Source: Chitinophagales bacterium | GTDB lineage: Bacteria; Bacteroidota; Bacteroidia; Chitinophagales; Chitinophagaceae | Reading direction: 5' to 3' | NCBI GenBank assembly: GCA_964201225.1 | Contig: CAXNDZ010000001.1 | Location: forward strand, 1-49,776 | Length of the DNA stretch: 49,776 nt | Shown: one piece after another, positions 19,131 to 29,326 of the stretch | Layout: each line of letters starts with the position of its first letter | Position numbering within the stretch: the first letter of the stretch is position 1 | Notes under the pieces: generated by a model | Seen by the model: the letters and a program-made list of their open reading frames with translations, nothing else | Told to the model about the DNA's origin: nothing | The model's database searches: none | Position numbers and translations under genes: made by a program

Positions 19131-20360
19131 CTATTTTTTAGCGGGTAATGCAGCTAATAATTTTTTTAAGAACTCATCAATCGAATCACCCTCAATCCAT
19201 CTTACTACCACTACTAAATCATTCACTTCGTCCACATAAATGATATTAGTTCCATTACCCATGTGCGCATAGGCAGAAGCGGGTGCTGATGGATATAATT
19301 TTTTATCTGTATTTAAAAAATAATTCATGAACCCATATTCTGGATTCACCGATGTGGGGGTGGTCGCTTTTTTAAACCAGCCGGAAGACAACAACTGTTT
19401 ACCTTGCCAATTTCCCTTGTGTAAAGTCAACAACCCAAACCTTGCCATATCATAGGCATTGATAAACATACCGCCACCAAAGTGGCCCCCGCCACTCACC
19501 GACTGAACTGGCTTGCCATCTAACACTATCCAGGAAGTTTCATAGCCTGCCCATGACCAAGTATTACTTGCACCAATAGGTTGCATGATATTTTCTCTAA
19601 GCACTTCAGGAAGTGGTTTATGCCATACAGCAGTCATTGCAAGTGCTAATGCATTTACACGGGTATCATTATATTTATAACTTGTACCGGGCTCATTTCT
19701 TTTTCGTGTTAGCCATTCTGCTGAATTTTCAGACGGTCTATCTGCCCAATCCGGTTTGCCCCACAATTCACCTTCCCAATCACTGGTTTGTCGAAGTAAA
19801 TGATCCCAACTAATTTTTTTATTATGTGGGGAAGCAAAAGGTTGAATAAAATCTTTGATTGCAATTGGACTTTGATTCGTATTCATCAAAGTAGTATAAG
19901 GTTGGATGGGAGGCATATAGTTATTTACCTTATCATCAATGGAAGAAATTAACCCCTTATCAAGGGCAAGTCCAACAATGCTTGATACCCAGCTTTTAGT
20001 GACACTATTACAAGTTTCAACAATAGTAGGATCACCCCACTCAGCAATGATATACCCCTTATATATAATCAAACCGCTCAATCCGCCTCGATCCATCATT
20101 GGACCCACAGGGTCCCCAAATGGCTCTTTCGCATACTGCATAGCTTGTGTAATTCTCGCATTCCTCGGAAACTTAGATTCATGCTGCGTTGAGAATTGAA
20201 TAGCCTCCTTAATTTTATTAGTATCAATTTTAAAAAATGTAGGTGATTTTCTCTCCCAATTATTTGCAGCTGGAAAATAAGATGCATCCTGTGCATTCGT
20301 AAAAATGGCGGTGAAAATAAAAATGACAAATAACTTTATTCCTTTTTTTAATGCTTTCAT
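19131..20360 (-). CDS. Serine hydrolase (beta-lactamase/PBP family, AmpC-like)
   Basis: SVTK (SxxK), HLLRQTS, YND and DMARFG; signal peptide from MKALKK (ORF track start 20435). Confidence 0.85.
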   Translation of the reverse strand: MKALKKGIKLFVIFIFTAIFTNAQDASYFPAANNWERKSPTFFKIDTNKIKEAIQFSTQHESKFPRNARITQAMQYAKEPFGDPVGPMMDRGGLSGLIIYKGYIIAEWGDPTIVETCNSVTKSWVSSIVGLALDKGLISSIDDKVNNYMPPIQPYTTLMNTNQSPIAIKDFIQPFASPHNKKISWDHLLRQTSDWEGELWGKPDWADRPSENSAEWLTRKRNEPGTSYKYNDTRVNALALAMTAVWHKPLPEVLRENIMQPIGASNTWSWAGYETSWIVLDGKPVQSVSGGGHFGGGMFINAYDMARFGLLTLHKGNWQGKQLLSSGWFKKATTPTSVNPEYGFMNYFLNTDKKLYPSAPASAYAHMGNGTNIIYVDEVNDLVVVVRWIEGDSIDEFLKKLLAALPAKK

Positions 20361-20476
20361 ATTTAAAATATTTTGGATCCGGGAATTTAAATTTATTGAT
20401 TTGCTAGTTAAAATATTGTTGATCAACATGGTCAAACTAAAAATTCATATTTTATTTTCAACTGGTCCTGTAAGTA

Positions 20477-21772
20477 TTATTTTAATTGTGTAATATCCAC
20501 TCTTGTTGGTGTATCCTTTCCTGAAATAATAGATTGCGCACTTTTAGCAATGGCTTTTATAATTTGTGTCATATTTGCAATATCCAAAGTTGAAAATTCA
20601 TCACTTGGTTTATGATAATTAGGTTCATTATCCATTTTGGAAGTACTGATGGTATGCGCTGGCACACCTAAGCGCGCCAATGTTGCATTGTCTGATCTGT
20701 AAAATAAATTTTGATCCGTATAAGGGTCAGGGTAAAAATTAAAGTCAGTTCCTTCTAAATTCTTTTGAAGAATCGCACCCATATCTGTTTTTTCATACCC
20801 TGTTATGTATGCACTATTTTTTCCCCACTTACTTTCGGTACCAATCATTTCAATATTAAACATTGCTTTAACCTGTAATGGGTCAAATTGTTTTGAAAAA
20901 TATTGTGCGCCGAACCCGCCCGACTCTTCGGCAGTAAACGCAGCAAACACTAATGTGCGCTCATTATTAGCTAATGCCGAATAATATTTTGATAACATAA
21001 TCATAGCAGTGGTACCCGCAGCATCATCGTTAGCACCATTATAAATAGAATCGCCATTAACCGCTCTTTTTCCATTCACCCCTAAGTGATCATAGTGTCC
21101 TGAAAAAATTACATATTCATTAGGTAATGATTTACCAGGAATAATACCAACAACATTTGACAGTGATAATTTATCAATTTTATGCGTTGCTTGTAATTTA
21201 TATTGTATGGGTGTTTGATTTGTTAATACAATAAATATTGATTTTTGTTGCTCACTCAAGCCAGATTTAAATTGCACCAATCTTCCAAAATTTGCCCCCA
21301 AGGATTCATCTACTAATATTATATAATTTTTATTGTTAGTCATGTATTTTCTAACGGTTAAAAATAAATTATCCTCCTTCGCAATTTTTACAACCTCATA
21401 CCCGCTTTTTTCATTAATATCTAAATTGGCTTCGGAAGTAATAGCGATGATATTTTTTGTGTCTATATTATTGCCATCAAAAATCCCTGATGCAGAAATA
21501 AATTTTGTACTAATTCTTGAAAAGCTTTGCAAATGACTATCGCTGTTTTTAAAAGTAGCTAAACCATTTTGTTTAAACTCATTGGCAATATATTTGGCTG
21601 CCTTTTCAATACCCGGCGTATAAATTTGTCTCCCCGCTAATTCATCTGAAGACAAATACTTTTCAATCCGCTCGGTTTCAGATTCATTAATAAATTGAGC
21701 TGCTTTTTGGCTGTATAATAAATTAGTCACACTTACTAAACAAAGGGTTACGATGATAAACTGCTTGAACAT
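20477..21772 (-). CDS. M28 family metallopeptidase
   Basis: SGHYDHLG, NGANDDAAG, AEESG, NIEMIG, RSDN and YHKPSD zinc motifs. Confidence 0.9.
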   Translation of the reverse strand: MFKQFIIVTLCLVSVTNLLYSQKAAQFINESETERIEKYLSSDELAGRQIYTPGIEKAAKYIANEFKQNGLATFKNSDSHLQSFSRISTKFISASGIFDGNNIDTKNIIAITSEANLDINEKSGYEVVKIAKEDNLFLTVRKYMTNNKNYIILVDESLGANFGRLVQFKSGLSEQQKSIFIVLTNQTPIQYKLQATHKIDKLSLSNVVGIIPGKSLPNEYVIFSGHYDHLGVNGKRAVNGDSIYNGANDDAAGTTAMIMLSKYYSALANNERTLVFAAFTAEESGGFGAQYFSKQFDPLQVKAMFNIEMIGTESKWGKNSAYITGYEKTDMGAILQKNLEGTDFNFYPDPYTDQNLFYRSDNATLARLGVPAHTISTSKMDNEPNYHKPSDEFSTLDIANMTQIIKAIAKSAQSIISGKDTPTRVDITQLK

Positions 21773-21950
21773 ATTAAAAAAAATTTAAATTAAATTATGC
21801 TTAAAGGTAATATCAAATGGATTTAATACCATGATTAGCGATTGCCTTTAGAGATTTTTCTAAATTTCGTTTATTAGTTAGAAAAAAGTTTACTTTTTAT
21901 AGCGGAAAATGCCAAAAATTTGTAAATTAGCTACGAATATTAATTCAGTT

Positions 21951-23555
21951 ATGCCTGCAACCCCCATTTCAAGCAGTTTAGGATTAACCCCATATAAAGG
22001 GGCCTGGACCAAATTTACCACCAAACACCTTTTAAAAAGGGTGCTTTTTGGGGCAAAGTCAAACGAAATAGACTATTTCCTTAATAAGGGCATGGCGAAA
22101 TCAGTCAGTGAGCTGTTGTCTCCTAATACTAATTACCCCAGTCCACCACTCAATGATTATAACACATTAACAGTAATTGACCCAATCGTTCCAATGGGCA
22201 GTACATGGATTAATAATATAACTGCCGATGGTACACTCAATAGCTATCGCCGTTCCACTTTTAAAAAGTGGCAGGTAGGGTCAATGGTGAATCAGGAAAA
22301 AAACATCACCGAAAAGCTTTGCCTTTTTTGGGCGAACCATTTTAGTATTGAAGCTGATATTGTTTCCTATGGTAATTATGTTTTTAGTCATCACGACACC
22401 CTTCGAAAAAATTGCTTGGGTAATTTTAAACAACTCATTAAATTAATAACCATCGATGCAGGAATGTTGCGTTACCTAAATGGATACTTAAATACCAACA
22501 CCGCGCCTGACGAAAACTACGCAAGAGAATTACAAGAATTATTTACTTTAGGAAAACATGCGGATGTAAAATATACGGAAGCTGATGTTAAAGCCGCAGC
22601 AAAAGTTTTAACCGGGTGGCGCATTAACAGTGCCTTTAGTGTGTATTTTGATGCAACAAAACACGACAGTACCAACAAGCAGTTTTCATCTTACTATAAT
22701 AATAAAATTATTGCTGGTAAAACAGCGGCGGCTGGCGCTTCAGAAACGGATGACTTGATTAGTATGATTTTTGAACGACCGGAGGTTGCTAAATTTATTT
22801 GTAGAAGAATTTATCAGTTTTTTGTTTACTACCATATTGATGATAAAGTTGAAAATAATATCATTGCACCGCTTGCCGAAATATTCATAAAAAATAATTT
22901 TGAAATTAAGCCAGTACTTGAAAAACTTTTTCAAAGCGAACATTTTTATGATTCCTTGTATATTGGATGTCAAATTAAAAGTCCCATTGAGCATGTAGTA
23001 GGTTGTTTGCGAGAATATAATGTGAGTTTCCCTAATATGGTTACCGATTATGCAGATGCCTATTCTCTATACAATAATATGGTAAGTCAAATGATTAACC
23101 TAGGTCAAAATCCGTCGGATCCGCCGAATGTCGCTGGCTGGCCGGCGTATTACCAAGTACCTGAGTTTTATGAATTATGGATTAATGCAGATACATTACC
23201 TAAGCGAAATAAATTTACCGACTTAATGGTGGAATCAGGCTATACCAGAAATGGCAAAAAAGTAATTATTGATACCATCGCTTTTGCAAAATATATTTGC
23301 GCAACGCCTAATGATCCCAATATATTAATGGATGCACTGTTTGCAAATTTAGTTTCAACGGATGTTTCTGCAATGTTAAAAGCAAACTTAAAAAAGCAAA
23401 TTTTATTAAGTGGTCAGATGAGCGACCATTACTGGACAGATGCTTGGAATGCATATCAAGCGAGTCCTACAACGATCAATTTTAATATTGTGAATGTGCG
23501 ACTCAAGGCCCTATTAAAATATATTATGAACCTGCCCGAATACCAATTGCAATAA
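21951..23555 (+). CDS. DUF1800 domain protein
   Basis: EKLCLFWANHF, MLRYLN, PDENYARELQELFTLG, LTGW, IKSP and PPNVAGW (ORF track start 21909). Confidence 0.9.
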   Translation: MPATPISSSLGLTPYKGAWTKFTTKHLLKRVLFGAKSNEIDYFLNKGMAKSVSELLSPNTNYPSPPLNDYNTLTVIDPIVPMGSTWINNITADGTLNSYRRSTFKKWQVGSMVNQEKNITEKLCLFWANHFSIEADIVSYGNYVFSHHDTLRKNCLGNFKQLIKLITIDAGMLRYLNGYLNTNTAPDENYARELQELFTLGKHADVKYTEADVKAAAKVLTGWRINSAFSVYFDATKHDSTNKQFSSYYNNKIIAGKTAAAGASETDDLISMIFERPEVAKFICRRIYQFFVYYHIDDKVENNIIAPLAEIFIKNNFEIKPVLEKLFQSEHFYDSLYIGCQIKSPIEHVVGCLREYNVSFPNMVTDYADAYSLYNNMVSQMINLGQNPSDPPNVAGWPAYYQVPEFYELWINADTLPKRNKFTDLMVESGYTRNGKKVIIDTIAFAKYICATPNDPNILMDALFANLVSTDVSAMLKANLKKQILLSGQMSDHYWTDAWNAYQASPTTINFNIVNVRLKALLKYIMNLPEYQLQ

Positions 23556-25127
23556 ATGAAAAGACGCAATTTTATAAGAAATAGTGTTGCGCTTATGGCG
23601 CCTACTGTCATTGGTGGCAATCCCATTCATATATTAACACAACATCCTATTATTCAACCCGAATTATTGGCTACTGTAAACAATGATCGTGTTTTAGTGA
23701 TAATACAATTAAGTGGCGGTAATGATGGATTAAACACCGTTATTCCTGTAGGTGATTATAGTAAATATTATAATGCGCGAACCAATATCGCCATTCCGGA
23801 AAAAAAGATTTTATCATTAACCGGCAATGATGCAACTGGCTTAAATCCGGCGATGACCGCCTTCCAAAATTTATTTAATGAGGGAAAATTAAATATTGTT
23901 CAATCGGTGGGATACCCGCAGCCTAGTTTCTCTCATTTTAGGGCCACCGATATTTGGATGAGTGGGTCGGATAGCACACAATATTTGAATACTGGTTGGG
24001 CGGGCAGATATTTAGACAATCAATACCCTAATTATCCTGATGATTATCCTAGTGATCAAAATCCAGATCCATTAGCGATACAAATTGGGTCTATTACCTC
24101 CCTTACCTGTCAAGGACCGGTGGTGAATATGGGGTTGAGTATTTCTGACCCTGCTTCCTATTATAATTTAATTGATAACATTGACGATGTGGTGCCAAAT
24201 ACCAATGGTGGTTATGAATTAAGTTTTGTTAGGCGCATTGCAAAACAAACTAATAAATACGCCATTCGTATCAAAGCGGCTTCGGATAGCATTAAGCAAC
24301 AAGTTACCTACCCTAATAATTCATTAGGTTCTCAATTAAAAATAGTAGCGCGTTTAATTAAGGGCGGATTGAAAACAAAAATATACATGGTTAATTATGG
24401 TGGTTTTGATACGCATGCAGGTCAAACCAATTCCATTGATACGACCATTGGACCGCATGCAACATTATTAAATGCAGTTTCAGAAGCAGTGAATGCATTT
24501 CAAAAAGATATTAAAGGTCTTGAAATTGATGATAGAGTTATTGGAATGACCTATTCTGAATTTGGCCGACGCACAAAATCAAATGCAAGTGGCGGAACGG
24601 ATCATGGGGCAGCTGCACCATTATTCCTATTTGGAAAAAATGTTCGCGGTGGGGTATTTGGAAAAAACCCCGACTTACCATTAACCGCAACGACGAATGA
24701 CAATATCCCTTATCAAACCGATTTTAGAAGTATTTATAATTCAATACTAACAAATTGGTTTTGTGTAAAGGAAACTGACAACATGCAAATAATGTTAAAG
24801 AAATATCCTTTAATGCCATTGATCAATGCAAGTGTTTGTGGGGTAGCCATGGAGAATTCAACTTTCGCAGGTAATACCATGATTAGTAACTATCCAAATC
24901 CATTTACAACTCAAACCAGGATTGAATTCAAAACCGCAGGAGGCGCTACTTTAGTACAATTATTAGATACTTCTGGAACTGTAATTAAGATACTGGTAGA
25001 CGCGAGTTACCCTTATGCGGGTATGAATAGCGTTACCTTATTTGGTAGTAACTTACCTGCGGGTGTTTACTATCTGCGACTACAAAATGGCATAAATCAA
25101 TATGTCAAAACTATCATAAAGATGTAG
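23556..25127 (+). CDS. DUF1501 domain protein with C-terminal T9SS type A sorting domain
   Basis: MKRRNFI signal; QLSGGNDGLNT, SHFRATDIW, GFDTH, SEFGRR and GTDHG; C-terminus YPNPF...LPAGVYYLRL...KTIIK. Confidence 0.9.
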   Translation: MKRRNFIRNSVALMAPTVIGGNPIHILTQHPIIQPELLATVNNDRVLVIIQLSGGNDGLNTVIPVGDYSKYYNARTNIAIPEKKILSLTGNDATGLNPAMTAFQNLFNEGKLNIVQSVGYPQPSFSHFRATDIWMSGSDSTQYLNTGWAGRYLDNQYPNYPDDYPSDQNPDPLAIQIGSITSLTCQGPVVNMGLSISDPASYYNLIDNIDDVVPNTNGGYELSFVRRIAKQTNKYAIRIKAASDSIKQQVTYPNNSLGSQLKIVARLIKGGLKTKIYMVNYGGFDTHAGQTNSIDTTIGPHATLLNAVSEAVNAFQKDIKGLEIDDRVIGMTYSEFGRRTKSNASGGTDHGAAAPLFLFGKNVRGGVFGKNPDLPLTATTNDNIPYQTDFRSIYNSILTNWFCVKETDNMQIMLKKYPLMPLINASVCGVAMENSTFAGNTMISNYPNPFTTQTRIEFKTAGGATLVQLLDTSGTVIKILVDASYPYAGMNSVTLFGSNLPAGVYYLRLQNGINQYVKTIIKM

Positions 25128-25173
25128 TGAATTATTCGGATGATTGAATTGTTTACTTAATTTCACAATATCA

Positions 25174-25716
25174 ATGCAATCCGATCAAGAATTAATATTA
25201 CAATTTCAGCAATCCATCCAAAGGGAGCAAAACTTTACGCAATTGGTGAAAAAACACCAGGCGAAAGTATACCATCAAATAAAACGAATGGTTAATGATC
25301 ATGATGATGCTGATGATATTGCGCAAATGGTCTGGATCAAAATATGGGATAAGTTAGATGGCTTTAAAATGGAGAGTGAGTTTAGTACCTGGCTATTCCG
25401 TATTGCCTATAATGAGACCCTTAATTTTATTGCAAAACAAAAAAGACAGGGTTCCAATACGTCTTCCACTGATATTTTAGACTATGAAAACACGGCTAGT
25501 CATACCGATGCGCCAAAAAGCAGTGAAATTCAAATAAAACTAGACCAAGGCATTAAACAACTACCTGAAAAACAGCAATTTGTGTTTATGTTACGCTATT
25601 TTGAGGAGTATAATTATGAAAAAATAGCAAGCATTACAGGAACCACGGTAGGGGGAGCCAAAGCCAATTATCATCAAGCAATTAAGAAATTAGAAGAATT
25701 TTTAAAGAAAAGTTAA
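25174..25716 (+). CDS. ECF RNA polymerase sigma factor
   Basis: DADDIAQ, STWLFRIAYN (region 2), LPEKQQFVFMLRYFEEYNYEKIASITG (region 4). Confidence 0.9.
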   Translation: MQSDQELILQFQQSIQREQNFTQLVKKHQAKVYHQIKRMVNDHDDADDIAQMVWIKIWDKLDGFKMESEFSTWLFRIAYNETLNFIAKQKRQGSNTSSTDILDYENTASHTDAPKSSEIQIKLDQGIKQLPEKQQFVFMLRYFEEYNYEKIASITGTTVGGAKANYHQAIKKLEEFLKKS

Positions 25717-25741
25717 ACCTACTTACTAATCAATTGTCATA
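25714..25741 (+). promoter_or_regulatory. Putative ECF-sigma promoter TAAACC-N16-GTCATA
   Basis: AAC-type -35 and GTC-type -10 with 16-nt spacer, overlapping the sigma stop and directly ahead of the anti-sigma-like gene. Confidence 0.45.
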
Positions 25742-25749
25742 ATAACAGC

Positions 25750-26181
25750 ATGGAACAAAAAAAGATAGATACTGCACTTGAAGACGACAAATTAATGGTT
25801 GAACAGCTATTTTCAAAAGAGGCATTGGTGAACTATGATAAGTCGGCATCCAATGTACCTGCCTCCTATTTTGAAACATTTCCTGAAAAACTACAACAAC
25901 GAATTACAAATAATAAGCCAAAAGTATTTTTTCTTACACCGCTTGGAAAAATGGCCATTGCAGCAATTTTCATATTTGTAGTTTCTAGTACTTTCATTTT
26001 TTTAAACAGTAGTGTAGATAAAAATTTAACACTTTCAGCAATCAGCATTCAAGATATTTCAAACGATGAAATTGAAGCTTATGTAGATGCAAACGAATGG
26101 ATAGCTGACATTGATTGGCAATCAGAGGAATTTAAGCCTGATACAGAAATAGAACAATTTTATAAAGATTCGATTGATTAA
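25750..26181 (+). CDS. Putative anti-sigma factor (single TM)
   Basis: VPASYFETFP motif, central TM helix and S.DEI..Y periplasmic motif; directly downstream of ECF sigma. Confidence 0.65.
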   Translation: MEQKKIDTALEDDKLMVEQLFSKEALVNYDKSASNVPASYFETFPEKLQQRITNNKPKVFFLTPLGKMAIAAIFIFVVSSTFIFLNSSVDKNLTLSAISIQDISNDEIEAYVDANEWIADIDWQSEEFKPDTEIEQFYKDSID

Positions 26182-26247
26182 ATAATTTTTGAAAAATAAA
26201 ATTGCATGTTAACATGCAAGGAAAATAAAATATATAAATAATAATTT

Positions 26248-26712
26248 ATGAAATATCTATTTTACAGTTTAGCATTGAGTATGGTTATGATTACAGCTAA
26301 TGCACAAAGACCACAAGAAAGAAGATCCCGCCCCAACGAGCATTCAGAACATAATGACGACAAAAAAGGACCGGGCAGACCTAGCAAAGCAAACATTGAA
26401 ATGTTCAAAACCAAGTTTATAACAGATCAGTTAGCACTTACACCGCAAGAGGCGGAAGCTTTTTGGCCAGTATATAATGAATATAAAAATGGCATGCGCG
26501 CTATTTACAAAGAAAAAAAGGAAAACGAAATTGAGTTACAAGAAGCTATATTAACAGTAAGAAAAAAATTGGCATCAGCGCTTAAGCCAATTTTAAAATC
26601 AGATATACGAATTAACGATGCTTTAAAAGTGGAAAAAGAATTTCTAAAAAAAGCGAAAAATGAAATGTCGCGTCGTCGTGAAGGTCCACCACCACCACCA
26701 AGAAGAGATTAA
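26248..26712 (+). CDS. Periplasmic helical Spy/CpxP-like protein
   Basis: Signal peptide; FITDQLALTPQEAEAFWPVYNEY motif; third gene of the ECF operon. Confidence 0.7.
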   Translation: MKYLFYSLALSMVMITANAQRPQERRSRPNEHSEHNDDKKGPGRPSKANIEMFKTKFITDQLALTPQEAEAFWPVYNEYKNGMRAIYKEKKENEIELQEAILTVRKKLASALKPILKSDIRINDALKVEKEFLKKAKNEMSRRREGPPPPPRRD

Positions 26713-26745
26713 AAAATAGCAAAGTTTTGATGTCACAATACGATT

Positions 26746-26780
26746 AAGCCCTATCCTGATTTTTCAGGATGGGCTTTTTT
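26746..26780 (+). terminator. Intrinsic terminator of ECF operon (possibly bidirectional)
   Basis: AAGCCC(T)ATCCTGA / TCAGGATGGGCTT hairpin followed by T-run. Confidence 0.78.
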
Positions 26781-26907
26781 AATTTTCGCAGGTTTCACCA
26801 TCGCAACAAGGTGAAATATTGGTTCCACAAATACTACATTGGTAGTGGCCATGAACCATCACCGGATCGGTTTCTTGGGAACAAATAGGACAAATTTGAA
26901 TAGCCAT
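26779..26907 (-). CDS. 42-aa Cys/His-rich zinc-ribbon-like small protein
   Basis: Manual translation MAIQICPICSQETDPVMVHGHYQCSICGTNISPCCDGETCEN*; two CxxC, HGH and PCC; A-rich start context. Confidence 0.75.
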   Translation of the reverse strand: MAIQICPICSQETDPVMVHGHYQCSICGTNISPCCDGETCEN

Positions 26908-27034
26908 AATTTTTATTTAAATTTATAACATAAACGGATAAAAAATAAATAAATCATTTGGCTCTTTTTGTATATTACAGCAACAAAAGCAGGAATTGTA
27001 TTTGCCAAATCGCATTATTATTAAAAGCTACTTT

Positions 27035-27946
27035 ATGAAAATAAAATATTTATTCTTTTCACTTATTTTTTCAATATTATATATGTCAAAATCCGCCGCC
27101 CAATATCTGCCTTTGTATAAAAACATACCTAATTATATTGATGCCATTAATGAGGAAGTCATTACCAATGATGGCATTTTACGCATTGGGAAAGTGTCCA
27201 TACCTGGTTATCAATATTTTAGAGCTGCCAATGATACTATTAAAAGGCCCTGTGTGATCATTTGTCCAGGGGGTGGCTATGGTATATTAGCAGCATCCCA
27301 CGAGGGAACGGATGTGGCAACTTTTTTTAATACGATTGGTGTTAATGCAATAGTATTAAAATATCGAATCCCGAGTAAGGCACATCAAGTTAATAAATCA
27401 ATTGCACCCTTACAGGATGCGCAGCAAGCGATATATATGGCTAGGACAAACGCAAATGAATGGGGCATTGACGCAAATAAGATAGGCATTATGGGCTTTT
27501 CCGCAGGTGGGCATCTTGCTTCAACAGCTGCCACCCATTTTGAAGATGTCAAAGTGACCAATCCAATAAATACTTCCTACCGCCCCGATTTTCAAATTTT
27601 AATTTACCCTGTAATTTCCTTTACTAGTTATGGTCATAAAGGATCCAGGGATAATTTAATTGGACCCGTTATTAGTGAAGATCAGGTGCATTATTTTAGC
27701 AATGAAGAACATATCAACAAAAATGCGCCCCCTGCCTTTTTAGTGCATGCAAAGGATGATGGCGCTGTTCCTGTAGCAAATTCAATCAATTATTATAAAC
27801 AGCTACAAGAAAATCAAGTTGCATCAGAACTATATCTTTTTGAAAAAGGAGGGCATGGATTTGGAATGAAAAATAATACCAGCGAAGTTTTCTGGCCGAA
27901 GTTGATGCATGAATGGTTACTAAAAAATAATATTATAAATCAATAG
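27035..27946 (+). CDS. Alpha/beta hydrolase (acetyl/feruloyl-esterase-like)
   Basis: CPGGGY, LKYRIP, LQDAQ, GFSAGGHLA, DDGAV and GGHGFG. Confidence 0.88.
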   Translation: MKIKYLFFSLIFSILYMSKSAAQYLPLYKNIPNYIDAINEEVITNDGILRIGKVSIPGYQYFRAANDTIKRPCVIICPGGGYGILAASHEGTDVATFFNTIGVNAIVLKYRIPSKAHQVNKSIAPLQDAQQAIYMARTNANEWGIDANKIGIMGFSAGGHLASTAATHFEDVKVTNPINTSYRPDFQILIYPVISFTSYGHKGSRDNLIGPVISEDQVHYFSNEEHINKNAPPAFLVHAKDDGAVPVANSINYYKQLQENQVASELYLFEKGGHGFGMKNNTSEVFWPKLMHEWLLKNNIINQ

Positions 27947-27952
27947 CAAATT

Positions 27953-29197
27953 TTATTTTTTTACTTCACTTCCTTTCCATCCAAAAAATGCGACTACTAA
28001 AAAGGCGACCATGGGAACGATGTAACCCATTTGTATATTACCTGTTTGATCAGAGATGAGTCCAAATATTCTAGGTAATACTGCACCGCCTACAATCGCC
28101 ATGATAATCAAGCTGCTGCCCATTTCGGTATCAGAACCTAGGTCCTTAATGCCTAATGAAAAAATGGTCGGGAACATTACTGACATAAAAAAGGACATCC
28201 CAATTAACGCATAAATAGTGATAATGCCATGTGAAAATATGGCAACAATACAAAGTAGCGTAGCTAATAAACCATATACTGTTAATAATTTATTGGGTGT
28301 GAAATAATTCATTAGAAAAGTTCCTGTAAAACGGCCTATTAAAAAAGCCAATGCAGCAAAACTTAAATAATCGGCCGCTTGGATTTGATCAATGGCTGCT
28401 GATTCTGTAGCAAATAAAATAAACAAACTAAATACACAAACCTGTGCACCCACATAAAAAAATTGGGTAATCACTGCCCATTTTAAATGGGCATGACGGA
28501 AGGTGCCTAAAACAGTTGCTTTTTCTCCACCAGCTTTTTTGGTTCTGATATCTGGCAATTTTACCAAATAAAATAATACGGCAATAATAATTAAAACAAT
28601 ACCCAGAATGGTATAAGGTGTTTTAACTGTATATGCTTCCGACGCCAATGCGGCTTGCCTCACTGATTCACTCATGGCACTTAATTCAGCATCTGAATTT
28701 CCCTTTGTTAAAATTACCCTCGCACCAATAGCCGGGGCTAAAAATGCAGCTAGGCCGTTAAATGATTGTGCTAGGTTTAAACGCTGGGTGGAAGAACTTG
28801 GATCCCCTAATGCAGATGCATAAGGATTTGCAGCCGTTTCCAGTATGGTTAACCCTGAAGCAATAACAAAGGAAGCAAATAAAAAATATAGATAAGACTG
28901 ATTGTTAGCCGCTGGTACAAATAAGAATGCCCCCACTGCAAACAAAAGTAGTCCTATGATAATACCGGTCTTATACCCTAGTCTTTTCATCACCATACCC
29001 GCAGGTAAAGCCATAAAAAAATAGGCGATGTATACTGCAGAATCCACTAATGTAGATTGGGTCGTAGTTAAAGTAAACGACTTTTTCAAATGGGGGATTA
29101 AAATAGGAACTAGATTATTAGCAAAACCCCATAAAAAAAATAAACAAGTGATTAATATAAATGGAATTAAATGTTTTGTTGTTTTTTCTGATGTCAT
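27953..29197 (-). CDS. fucP: L-fucose:H+ symporter permease (MFS)
   Basis: LFFLWGFA, LETAANPY, RLNLAQSFNGL, FFYVGAQV, MSVMFPTIFSLG and MAIVGGA. Confidence 0.88.
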   Translation of the reverse strand: MTSEKTTKHLIPFILITCLFFLWGFANNLVPILIPHLKKSFTLTTTQSTLVDSAVYIAYFFMALPAGMVMKRLGYKTGIIIGLLLFAVGAFLFVPAANNQSYLYFLFASFVIASGLTILETAANPYASALGDPSSSTQRLNLAQSFNGLAAFLAPAIGARVILTKGNSDAELSAMSESVRQAALASEAYTVKTPYTILGIVLIIIAVLFYLVKLPDIRTKKAGGEKATVLGTFRHAHLKWAVITQFFYVGAQVCVFSLFILFATESAAIDQIQAADYLSFAALAFLIGRFTGTFLMNYFTPNKLLTVYGLLATLLCIVAIFSHGIITIYALIGMSFFMSVMFPTIFSLGIKDLGSDTEMGSSLIIMAIVGGAVLPRIFGLISDQTGNIQMGYIVPMVAFLVVAFFGWKGSEVKK

Positions 29198-29326
29198 AAG
29201 TTGATCAATTATAACTAAATATAATTCAAGCATCACTAATAAACAAAATTATATATAATCAAATACTAAAATAATTTGTACCTTAACAATTCATTTTAAA
29301 AGATTTATAATTATTAAATGCTATTT

